A stretch of 63,973 nucleotides of DNA, counting the filler. It is 6 parts of 6 records of this genome, joined end to end, with 100 filler letters (N's around TTAATTAATTAA, not from the genome) between each part and the next. Parts side by side here need not be neighbours in the genome. Positions count along the whole stretch, not along the records: positions 1 to 24,129 come from SRR20825006_1749; positions 24,230 to 32,884 come from SRR20825006_1751; 4 more parts are not named here. One strand, written 5' to 3'. The notes beneath the pieces were generated by a model that ran no database searches, had not been told where the DNA came from, and saw only the letters and a program-made list of their open reading frames with translations. Made by a program: the position numbers and the translations under genes. This document shows, piece by piece, positions 22,160-31,212 of this stretch. Each line of letters starts with the position of its first letter. Position 1 is the stretch's first letter.

Positions 22160-22726
22160 ATGAAAGGCTTACTCACGGAAATACGACAATGTTCCGTTTG
22201 TAAGCCTTTTTTGCCTTTAGGCGCTAACCCTATTATTTCGGCTTCACCAAAAAGCAAAATTGTTTTAGCCAGCCAGGCGCCCGGGAAAATTGCCCATGAG
22301 AAATCAATCGCTTGGGATGATCCTAGCGGCCGTCGATTGCGAGATTGGCTCGGCGTTGATGAAGACACCTTTTACAATTCTGAAAATTTTGCCATATTAC
22401 CTCTGGGATTTTGCTTTCCGGGGAAAGGCAAAACCGGTGATCTTCCACCCCGCCCGGAATGTGCTCCGCTTTGGCACAAAAAAGTAACCGATCATTTTGA
22501 AGCAGATCCGTTGTATATCTTAATCGGCAATCACTCACAGCGGTATTATTTAAACGATAATCTAACGCTTACCGCACGTATCAAAGCTTTTGAAAGCTAT
22601 CTCCCACAGCATTTTGTACTTCCACATCCTTCGCCTGTTAATCGCTTTTGGATGGCTAAAAATAAATGGTTTGAAACCGATGTGCTTCCGGTTTTAAAAC
22701 GTGTAGTTCAACAACGCCTAGCATAG
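22160..22726 (+). CDS. Uracil-DNA glycosylase family protein
   Basis: SQAPG, DPSGRRLRDWLG, CFPGKG..GDLPPRPECAP, LPHPSP. Confidence 0.9.
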   Translation: MKGLLTEIRQCSVCKPFLPLGANPIISASPKSKIVLASQAPGKIAHEKSIAWDDPSGRRLRDWLGVDEDTFYNSENFAILPLGFCFPGKGKTGDLPPRPECAPLWHKKVTDHFEADPLYILIGNHSQRYYLNDNLTLTARIKAFESYLPQHFVLPHPSPVNRFWMAKNKWFETDVLPVLKRVVQQRLA

Positions 22727-22908
22727 GGAAACCCGCTAAACAAATTGTTGGCCAATCGATACGACCTTCTTTAAAAACGAGCCTTCAATTTAACGGCAAG
22801 ATTTAGGCTATAAAACGGTTGACGGCGGCTACAAATCTGTACAACTTCTGCGTTCGTTTTTTAGACTTTTAATGCGTAAATTCGTGCCTTCAAATTTCAC
22901 TGAAAACT

Positions 22909-24129
22909 ATGAGTAAATACGATATTATTGTCTTAGGAAGTGGACCCGGTGGTTATGTAACGGCTATCAGAGCTTCACAATTAGGTTTTAAAACCGCTAT
23001 TGTAGAAAAAGAAAGCCTTGGAGGCGTTTGTTTAAATTGGGGGTGTATTCCTACCAAAGCGCTTTTAAAAAGTGCGCAGGTTTTTGAATACCTCAAGCAC
23101 GCCGAAGATTACGGTCTTAAAGTAGAAGGTGCAGATAAAGATTTTGATGCGGTTGTTAAGCGTAGCCGTGGAGTTGCAGAAGGAATGAGCAAAGGTGTTC
23201 AATTCTTGATGAAGAAAAACAAGATCGACGTTATTGAAGGTTTTGGTAAACTAAAACCAGGTAAAAAAGTTGACGTCGATGGTACCGAATATAGTGCAGA
23301 CAACATTATCATCGCGACCGGTGCGCGTTCACGTGAGTTACCAAGCTTACCACAAGATGGTAAGAAAATCATTGGCTATCGTGAGGCGATGACTTTAAAA
23401 GAGCAGCCTAAGAAAATGATCGTTGTAGGATCTGGTGCGATAGGGTGTGAATTTGGTAGTTTTTACAACGCGATGGGTACAGAAGTTACCATCGTAGAAT
23501 ATATGCCAAACATCGTTCCTGTAGAGGATGAAGAAGTTTCTAAACAGTTTGAGCGTAGCTTGAAAAAAGCGGGGATCAACATTATGACCGGTTCATCTGT
23601 AGAGTCTGTAGATACTTCTGGTGAAGGCGTTGTTGCTACTGTAAAAACTAAAAAAGGCGAAGAAAAATTAGAAGCTGACATTGTACTTTCGGCGGTAGGT
23701 ATCAAAACCAACATTGAAGGCATTGGTCTTGAAGACGTAGGTATCATTACCGATAAAGATAAAGTGATTGTAAACGATTGGTATCAAACCAATATGCCGG
23801 GCTACTACGCGATCGGCGACGTAACTCCTGGTCCTGCATTGGCGCACGTTGCTTCTGCTGAAGGAATTATTTGTGTTGAAAAACTTGCCGGAATGCACGT
23901 AGAGAAATTAGACTATGGCAATATTCCTGGCTGTACTTATGCGTCTCCTGAGATCGCTTCAGTAGGAATGACTGAAAAGCAAGCGAAAGAAGCAGGATAC
24001 GAACTCAAAATCGGAAAGTTCCCATTCTCAGCTTCTGGTAAAGCAAGTGCTGCCGGAAACAAAGATGGTTTTGTAAAAGTTATTTTTGATGCGAAATATG
24101 GTGAGTGGTTAGGTTGCCATATGATTGGT
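22909..24129 (+). CDS. lpdA: Dihydrolipoyl dehydrogenase, truncated by contig end
   Basis: GSGPGG Rossmann motif, GGVCLNWGCIPTK redox disulfide, GSGAIG. Confidence 0.96.
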
Positions 24130-24229
24130 NNNNNNNNNNNNNNNNNNNNNNNNNNNNNNNNNNNNNNNNNNNNTTAATTAATTAANNNNNNNNNNNNNNN
24201 NNNNNNNNNNNNNNNNNNNNNNNNNNNNN
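24130..24229. other. Artificial contig linker
   Basis: N44-TTAATTAATTAA-N44, with stops in all frames. The same linker occurs five times in the window. Confidence 0.98.
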
Positions 24230-24257
24230 GTCCTTGGTTCGAGCCCAAGAGGGGGAG
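24230..24257 (+). tRNA. tRNA 3' fragment, probably tRNA-Asn (real gene end or att duplication)
   Basis: T-arm CTTGG-TTCGAGC-CCAAG, acceptor strand AGGGGGA and discriminator G. The anticodon is not in the window, so the identity is inferred. Confidence 0.75.
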
Positions 24258-24267
24258 CAGAGACAGC

Positions 24268-24303
24268 AAGGCTTCAGAGAAATTCACACTCTGGAGCCTT
24301 TTT
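24268..24303 (+). terminator. Terminator after tRNA fragment
   Basis: AAGGCTTCAGAG...CTCTGGAGCCTT stem followed by T's. Confidence 0.7.
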
Positions 24304-24304
24304 C

Positions 24305-24325
24305 ATTTGCACGCAATTTGCACGC
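24305..24325 (+). repeat. 10-bp direct repeat, candidate integrase arm-type site
   Basis: ATTTGCACGC-a-ATTTGCACGC about 50 bp from the tRNA end. Confidence 0.5.
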
Positions 24326-24626
24326 GGATTGAAAAAAATAAAGTTTGGGACCAAACTTTAACATTTAAGATTAAATTTTTCCAAAATAATTTGCCATTTG
24401 TCCCAAATACTTACCCTTAACTTTTGCACTGGATCCTATTTCAATTTTATAGTGTTCAGGAAGAAAAGCGTGTATTAAAATTGGAATAGGGTGGGACCTT
24501 TTTAAGGAAGGCTTCAATAAAATGTAAATTGTTTTCATTTATTTTTCAAATTATCGCTTATGTTTTGTGCATTACGGACAATGGCAATTGCAAGATTCGC
24601 GTAATAAGGAACAGAAATTCTGGAGC

Positions 24627-27362
24627 CTATTTTAGTGCTTTCGAAATTCTATAGTATCGCCTGTCTAATGCGTCTTTTCCACCTTCCATTACCGCACAAA
24701 CTGCAGAACGGATAGCTCTGTCCTGCAAAGCATTGTTTCCTGCTACAACAATTTGCCCTGTTTGAAAATTCATGTGGACAATGTTGTCGGAGTTGGCATT
24801 CACTGCAATATTTGGGTTATGAGTTACAAGCAATAATTGTCTATTATTCTTGAGGGTCTTAAATCCGGGAACTACGAAGCTTGAAATCAGCCTTGTGTCC
24901 AAGTCATCTTCCGGTTGGTCTATTATTAAAGGAATGTTATTGAGGGCAAGTAGCAGTCCTAGCATTCCAGCTGTGCGTTCTCCGGCAGAACCTGTTTGTA
25001 TATCCTCTTCTTTTCCTTGTTTTTTAAATTTTAATACGAGTTTATCTTCAGGTACCCAAACATGCAATCTATCTATGTCTTCTGGAGTATTTTGTTTTAG
25101 CCAGTCTATGTGTCTAGCCAACCTAATGTCAAGTCCTTTTGGTTCAGCTTCTGTAACGGAAACAAAGTTTTTTAATTCGTCTTTTCTTTTATCCCATCGA
25201 GTAGTTTCGTTTTCATTGATAATGTTGGCTATCAGTCCGGAACTAGATTCAGTTTCTTCATCATAATTGTAAATATATCCTGAAAATTCATTTCCCTCCT
25301 TGCGTAACAGTTTCCTAAAACTAGTATTAGCTTGCTCAGCATCAGCCATTGGTTGTAACTCAATTATTAAAAAAGGGTTTTCAGAAGTATCCACTTCTTT
25401 CCATCTGTCAATAATCTCTCTACGCTTTACCCTCAGCTCTTTCTCCTTTTCGACAATTAAATTGTATGTTTCCTCTAAAACTTGGTTAAGACTCTCCAGT
25501 CGCTGTTTTTGGGTGTTTATTAAAGCCAATTTATCATTTAAAGAACTTCTGCGTTGGATTAAAACTTCATATGATTCACTTCCAAACTCCTTAATTTTAT
25601 CAACGATTCCATCATACGCATTTTTAGATTTCTGATATTCATTATGCCAGGGAAGAGCATTAATCTGTCCAATTAGATTTTCCTTGTATGGGTTAAGGAT
25701 TAATAGTGCTTCAGAAATTTTTGCGTTGGCCGATTTTAAGGCTTCCTCCATTTTCTGTATAAATTCTGAAGATTCTTCAACAATTACCTCAGAACTGGTT
25801 TCAGGAATTAGGATATTAGGAATATTCTTTTGTGTTTCTTCTAATTCAATAAGCCATTTAGAAAATGATTTTTCAGTGTCAATAAAGAACTTATTAGCAC
25901 TATTTAATTTATTGAACTTGTCAAGGGTTTCCTTGTATTCAGAACTCTCATATAGCTTAATTTTATTGTTAGTCGCTTCAACTTGAGCTTTTAAATTCTT
26001 TTCCTCAGAAATTGCGGATTTTAATTCTCTGGCAGAAGCCCTATCTGCAAGCCATTTCTTTAAAAGGTTATTCCGCTCTTCTATCCAATTTTGCTTATCG
26101 AATTGTGAATCAATTAACTCGATAAGTTTGGAAGGATCCCCTGTAAGAGCATAAAGTTCCTTTTGATTGAAAATTTGAATGGGAAAGAGTTCACTAATAT
26201 TCGTTACAATATTTTCTTCTTTCCATTCAGTGTTAAGATCATCCCAAATTTGTAAACTATGGGTTTTATTTTTCCAAGTTATCTTTTGTAATTGGCCATC
26301 TTTAATGATTTCAACGGTTATTATGGTATTTTCCCGTAACATTCCCGGGATGTGTTTTTTCCCTATTTGATTAAACTTATTGAATTCGATTTGTACTTCA
26401 TCTGGCATTTCATCAATTCTGTGGAGAGCAATTCTCAAATAGTTGACAATGGTAGATTTTCCAGATCCTCTTCCTCCGATTACAGAGGAAAGCCAAGGAC
26501 TGAATTTGGCATATAAGGGATTTCCGTTACCTGATTTATATCCATTTGAAACCGAAATGGATTTTATGAAGTATCTGTTGTTTATTAAGTTAGGATTTCC
26601 TGATGCATTGTCATTCCTGATTATACCATCTTCTCCATCATGTAAAGCAAGCTTCAAGGCGTCCAATGAAGGAGAGCTCATTTTAACCCATGTGTAATTG
26701 GTTCCCACTTCACTTCTTATGTGACTGTCAGAACCAATTACTTGTGCCAAAGATAGCTTTGCTTGCTTGTATATCTCAGGTAGCTCGTACGAGCTATTTA
26801 CTAATTCAATTGCCAGTAAATTGTCTCGATTATTCTTAAGTGCCTGATTTAGCGTGTTTCCTGAACATTTATCGAATAAACCTGCTCCTTTGTCTACATG
26901 TGCTGGAATTGCGATTCCCCCTCGTTTTACTATTTTGTCAATCGCCACTTCAAGGGTAATGTCCGTCACACCATCACTATCGCCATAAGTACCACGATAT
27001 CCACAATCGCCAAGTAATCCTGCAATGTCTTCACTTGTTGCTTCTATATCTAGAATCGCTAATAAGTGAATCCCTTGATTCACAGAAATTTCCACCCCAG
27101 GAAAAATATATAACTCTCGAAAACCATCTACTTGGTTTTCCTTCATTTCTAAATATTTGGTTTTGAGTTCATCTATCCATCCGCCTGTATTGTGGTCGGT
27201 AACTGCTACACAGTCAATTTCTTTTCTCATATACTCAAACAACCAGACCTCACAGGAAATGTTCCTTTCGGTCTCATCTCCTTTACCATAGTCAGTTGAT
27301 TTTGGAGTATGGTTATGGAAGTCAAATTTCCACCATTTTGCCCCGTGGATATATTCTAACAT
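24627..27362 (-). CDS. PHP phosphoesterase-ABC/SMC-like ATPase fusion (Ppl/TrlF-like, probable anti-phage)
   Basis: PHP motifs DFHNHT, VTDHN, GVEI, AHVD, GSDSH; Walker A GGRGSGKST; coiled coil; signature SAGER; Walker B IIDQPEDDLD; VTHNPN. Confidence 0.88.
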   Translation of the reverse strand: MLEYIHGAKWWKFDFHNHTPKSTDYGKGDETERNISCEVWLFEYMRKEIDCVAVTDHNTGGWIDELKTKYLEMKENQVDGFRELYIFPGVEISVNQGIHLLAILDIEATSEDIAGLLGDCGYRGTYGDSDGVTDITLEVAIDKIVKRGGIAIPAHVDKGAGLFDKCSGNTLNQALKNNRDNLLAIELVNSSYELPEIYKQAKLSLAQVIGSDSHIRSEVGTNYTWVKMSSPSLDALKLALHDGEDGIIRNDNASGNPNLINNRYFIKSISVSNGYKSGNGNPLYAKFSPWLSSVIGGRGSGKSTIVNYLRIALHRIDEMPDEVQIEFNKFNQIGKKHIPGMLRENTIITVEIIKDGQLQKITWKNKTHSLQIWDDLNTEWKEENIVTNISELFPIQIFNQKELYALTGDPSKLIELIDSQFDKQNWIEERNNLLKKWLADRASARELKSAISEEKNLKAQVEATNNKIKLYESSEYKETLDKFNKLNSANKFFIDTEKSFSKWLIELEETQKNIPNILIPETSSEVIVEESSEFIQKMEEALKSANAKISEALLILNPYKENLIGQINALPWHNEYQKSKNAYDGIVDKIKEFGSESYEVLIQRRSSLNDKLALINTQKQRLESLNQVLEETYNLIVEKEKELRVKRREIIDRWKEVDTSENPFLIIELQPMADAEQANTSFRKLLRKEGNEFSGYIYNYDEETESSSGLIANIINENETTRWDKRKDELKNFVSVTEAEPKGLDIRLARHIDWLKQNTPEDIDRLHVWVPEDKLVLKFKKQGKEEDIQTGSAGERTAGMLGLLLALNNIPLIIDQPEDDLDTRLISSFVVPGFKTLKNNRQLLLVTHNPNIAVNANSDNIVHMNFQTGQIVVAGNNALQDRAIRSAVCAVMEGGKDALDRRYYRISKALK

Positions 27363-27628
27363 CAGTATTTATTTTAAGCTTTTTCTCAAAGGTTTGACAA
27401 TACGCATTATTCCGAAGAGTGTTGTAGTATAGATGCTATTCAGAAAGGGCATTTCAAATTTCCTCATTAATATGTTCTTTATGTTTAAAAGGCTTGATTT
27501 TCAAGTCTAGTTATGTTAAAATTCAATTTACCAGTCTGCTTTGGTTGCTTATCACTGAAAGCAATTTGACTGTGCCATTCTCAAGTCTGTTAAACCAGTT
27601 ATCGTTATCTTACAAGCGTTGTTTTGAA

Positions 27629-28555
27629 TCAAAACGGGGTATGGCTTTTTCCCTTTTCTCTTTTAAACTCTTTTCGATATGTTGTCGACAAATTACCTTG
27701 CGGAATCTCTTTAGCTATATTTTTGGAGATTAACCTTTCCGTTAATATATCTGCAAGACTTTGTGCTATTTCAATATCTATATTTTCCTCAAAACCAAGA
27801 GTTTTATTCGTAAATTTTGTTATCCTGTCCTTAAATTTCCTATTGAAATAATAAACACGCTCAAGTTTCCCTATATCCAAATCTGTAAAATATTCTACAA
27901 TGTCGTCTTTAGTGAATATTATATATTCTTCCTTATTTTTCTCGGCATAATACTCTTTACTTTTAAGAAATTTATTTAATAAATTGTTTTGCACAGTTTC
28001 GATATTCAGCCGCTTAGTGCCATATTCAATCATTTTTTCTTTTCTCCATGCTACAATCCAGACCAATCCGGTTATTAAAATTGACATAATCCAAATAGTT
28101 GTGAAAACCCAATCAGTCGGATTAATCAAATTTCCTAAAATTGGATGTTCAATTGCTTTTGACGGGAAAAACCAAATGAAGGATATTAAAATAGTTACTG
28201 CTGAGGCACTTATTTTGGGTGCCAAACTCGCTTTTTTTAAGTTCTTAATTTCTGATTTTAATTGCTTGTCAAGTTTTGCAATTTTTTTCTTGTGTGATTT
28301 AGCAGGAATTGTTTCTCGTATTACTTCGATTAATTCGGCTCTATTTGAAGGAAACGTCTCAGATTTGATAAATTCTAATGCAGCCATAATTTTTGGGTAC
28401 AACAATTCATATGCTTTATTACTGAATTGACCATCGGAATTCTTTCCTGAGTGAACTACTTTTAGAAGATTTTGAAGTTCTTTTTTAATTTCAGAAACTT
28501 CATTTGACTTTAAATCAAATTCGTTAATAATGTCTTCTAGTTTTACAAACTTCAT
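27629..28555 (-). CDS. Hypothetical 2-TM protein with degenerate J-domain-like N-terminus
   Basis: EIKKELQNLLKVVHSGKN...KIMAALEFI resembles J-domain helices II-III with HPD replaced by HSG. Two hydrophobic helices in the middle. Confidence 0.6.
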   Translation of the reverse strand: MKFVKLEDIINEFDLKSNEVSEIKKELQNLLKVVHSGKNSDGQFSNKAYELLYPKIMAALEFIKSETFPSNRAELIEVIRETIPAKSHKKKIAKLDKQLKSEIKNLKKASLAPKISASAVTILISFIWFFPSKAIEHPILGNLINPTDWVFTTIWIMSILITGLVWIVAWRKEKMIEYGTKRLNIETVQNNLLNKFLKSKEYYAEKNKEEYIIFTKDDIVEYFTDLDIGKLERVYYFNRKFKDRITKFTNKTLGFEENIDIEIAQSLADILTERLISKNIAKEIPQGNLSTTYRKEFKREKGKSHTPF

Positions 28556-28653
28556 TTCTATTCAAATTGATTAAAGGATCTAGTCTATTAGTAGTAGCGG
28601 ATTTCGATTCAAAAGCCTTTAAATCAATTTTTTTAAACCGCTAATACCTAGAC

Positions 28654-29601
28654 TCAATTGTCATTAATTTTTTCTTGTTTCAAACCAAGTAAATTCTCTA
28701 ATAGTTTTTCATGTTTGGCGTATGATGAACGACCAAGCTGAATCATCTTTTTTAATTTATTTAAATCCGATTCCAACATATTTGTTCCGTGTTTTGGCTC
28801 TGGAAATGAATCGCTAATTCGTACCATATTCAAGTTTGGAAATAAAAGTTTTGATATGATTGTATTACTGTTTGTATTGGCTGTCAGGACCTTTTCAATG
28901 AAATTATAAATGCCAATTAGTTTTAAAAGCTTGTGCTTTAGTCCAGAGGAATTTTCTACGTAATGTCCTACTCCGACATTTAACAAATTAATATTGGATT
29001 CATCATAGTTTAAGGCCTTATAGGCATCGATCATAGAATATAGAGTTGAATTATTTGCAATAAATCCACCATCTACAACTTCAATTTCTCCATGATTTTC
29101 CGTCTTGATTTTTACTTTTTCAAAAAAGGGATATGCAGCACTTGAACATCTCAGCGCAGTCTCAATGGTACAATCAAAACCAGGTTTAAATGACTGCTTC
29201 ATTCCATGTGCTTGTTGAATATCTGTTTTAAAAACTAAAGGCATTTGAGTTTCAAAGTTTAAAGCTACAATTCCAATATTTGTTTTGAACGCATCAAATT
29301 TTTGTGAACCGAAGATTTTGAGTGCTTCTTCCTTTAAGGCTTTACTTCTCCCACTTTTAGAATTCTTATTCATGATTTTTGGGATTATGGATAAATAGAG
29401 CTCTTCTATTTTCGAAACCTCGAAGCCAAGCGCAATTAATGCTGCTATTATAGATCCTGTGCTTGTTCCAAACACTAAACCAAAATGCTCGTAAAGGGGG
29501 CTTCCTAATCTTAATTCAAGTTCTTTTAAAACTCCAATAGTGTAAACGCCTTTAGACCCTCCACCGTCTAAAACAAGTATGTTTAATTTTTTATCACTCA
29601 T
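28654..29601 (-). CDS. CBASS patatin-like phospholipase effector (CapV/CapE-like)
   Basis: DGGGSKG, GTSTG nucleophile, DGG catalytic Asp. Start overlaps the CD-NTase stop (TAATG). Confidence 0.92.
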   Translation of the reverse strand: MSDKKLNILVLDGGGSKGVYTIGVLKELELRLGSPLYEHFGLVFGTSTGSIIAALIALGFEVSKIEELYLSIIPKIMNKNSKSGRSKALKEEALKIFGSQKFDAFKTNIGIVALNFETQMPLVFKTDIQQAHGMKQSFKPGFDCTIETALRCSSAAYPFFEKVKIKTENHGEIEVVDGGFIANNSTLYSMIDAYKALNYDESNINLLNVGVGHYVENSSGLKHKLLKLIGIYNFIEKVLTANTNSNTIISKLLFPNLNMVRISDSFPEPKHGTNMLESDLNKLKKMIQLGRSSYAKHEKLLENLLGLKQEKINDN

Positions 29602-30518
29602 TAATATTCATTCCAGAATTTAATTAATTGGGAGACAAAAGTTGTTGCATCAGTTTTATTCCATTGCTGGTCTTCGCTACCAAATAGGTTTCTTTGCTCA
29701 TTTTGAACTAAATATTCTGTCATAGTTCCATCATTATTGTCATTATAAAATTGATTTATGATGGCAACCATAATATCACAATAAGTATTTTTCCTGTAAT
29801 TCGAGTTTTTAGCGTTATACATTAAGCACTCAATGAAATAGGACGGTGCTAATTCTTTTGTTATATAACCTCTGTTTACCATCGCAGCCTTTATGTTTTT
29901 TAGTACTCTGACTGAAGGCTTAAAATTTTCATGTGTATTCTCTTGGCGATTTTTTATACTACCATTTTTTAAGTGAATCTTTGGATAGTTAATAACCGTT
30001 TTCTGAGGTACATCATGTTCTGTTTTGAAAATGATACCTTCAATATAATCTGTTTTATTAAATGATGAATATGAGTTGTATTTTCTGTAAGGATTGCATA
30101 CAACAACATCACAATCAAGCCTACTGCCATCTCCCTTTACAACAATAGCTTTGTTACCAACATCCACATTGTTGTTACCATAGCACTTTTGTAATTGCTC
30201 AATTACTGCTGTTTTAAAAGCGGCTAATGAATATTTTGCATCGTCATAGTCAGAATCAAACTGCCTTTTTTGTTCTTGTGTAAGTGCGGATAAGTTCTTT
30301 GAAAATATAGAACGAAACTCAACCACCAAATCTACATCACTATTGCCGTAAATATTAGTATAGTTTGGATAGGAGCCTTGTAAATATGTAACATAGTTTA
30401 CATCGTTATTCCAGTTCATTTTTTTAATACAATTTTCAACACTTTTATGGGTAGCTGCCGAAGATTGAACTGCACCTTGATTTGACCATGTTTGTAATTG
30501 TCTTTCAGGTATCGCCAT
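29601..30518 (-). CDS. cdnE: CBASS cGAS/DncV-like nucleotidyltransferase (CdnE-like)
   Basis: MAIPERQLQTWSNQGA N-terminus, YLQGSY..YTNI...SDVDLV, GNKAI, DCDVV, INYPKIH..NG..KN, APSYFIECLMYN. Confidence 0.9.
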   Translation of the reverse strand: MAIPERQLQTWSNQGAVQSSAATHKSVENCIKKMNWNNDVNYVTYLQGSYPNYTNIYGNSDVDLVVEFRSIFSKNLSALTQEQKRQFDSDYDDAKYSLAAFKTAVIEQLQKCYGNNNVDVGNKAIVVKGDGSRLDCDVVVCNPYRKYNSYSSFNKTDYIEGIIFKTEHDVPQKTVINYPKIHLKNGSIKNRQENTHENFKPSVRVLKNIKAAMVNRGYITKELAPSYFIECLMYNAKNSNYRKNTYCDIMVAIINQFYNDNNDGTMTEYLVQNEQRNLFGSEDQQWNKTDATTFVSQLIKFWNEY

Positions 30519-30627
30519 GTTGGTATTTAATTGTTCCTAACTTGATTATAAACAAAGCTGTTGTCGTCATGGACTGCCAATATGGTTGACTTTGCCTAAG
30601 ATTTAAAAAAAGCATGGTTTTTACCAC

Positions 30628-30965
30628 GCTCACTGAAAATTTGAGGGGGATAGAGTTAAATGTAAGAAATTTCAATTAATTGTTAAACGTGGAATTCTGT
30701 AAGGCTTTTAAATAATGTCATGAAATGAAAGATTTAGCTTCCAATGCTGAATCGCTTTCTTTTTTGTTTTGCTTCGCAAAAGAAAAAGGGTAAAGCAAGA
30801 GGGTAACAGGCTAACGCCATGTTACAGGCATTCATTTTTTCGCAAAACATTTATTTTCAATTAATTAAATGGTTTTTGAAAATTATTTAAAAGAAGATGT
30901 TTGAAATTTTTCACGGAAAAATACCGACAGCCCAATAAACTCGACAAATTTTTCACGAAAAAATG
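30628..30965. repeat. Structured non-coding element, copy 1 (upstream of CBASS)
   Basis: Collinear with 32467-32782. Shared blocks: GCTCACTG.AAAT, TAAATGTAAGAA.TTTCAAT, TTTTTGTTTTGC...GCAAAAGAAAAA, GTAAAGCAAGAGG, CAGCCCA.TAAA.TC. Confidence 0.85.
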
Positions 30966-31212
30966 TATGGACCAGATAAATTAAGACCCATCGATTTATT
31001 TAAGAGAGTAGCTTGATAATTATATTCGTTTTGTTGAGAAACTGTCCTAAAGATTGGGGTATCTACACGGAGACGGCCATTAGTGTTACGTAGTTTAGCG
31101 ATTAAATTAATAGGCCGGCCTACGGATAAACACCAAACCGAAAATCCTTGTGGATTTTCAGAAGTAGGTAAGAGGAAGCTATTACTTATCATTCTTTGTT
31201 GCCAACCGTTTT

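Noticed and set aside
24174-24185. TTAATTAATTAA palindrome recurring five times
   Set aside because: Always inside N-runs of identical length; a synthetic all-frame-stop linker.
22909-27362. Linkage of lpdA and segment 1 with the defence island
   Set aside because: Separated by a contig linker, so adjacency is not evidence.
27363-27628. Intergenic gap between the J-like gene and the PHP-ATPase as a third structured repeat or small gene
   Set aside because: None of the conserved repeat blocks is present, and there is no convincing co-oriented ORF.
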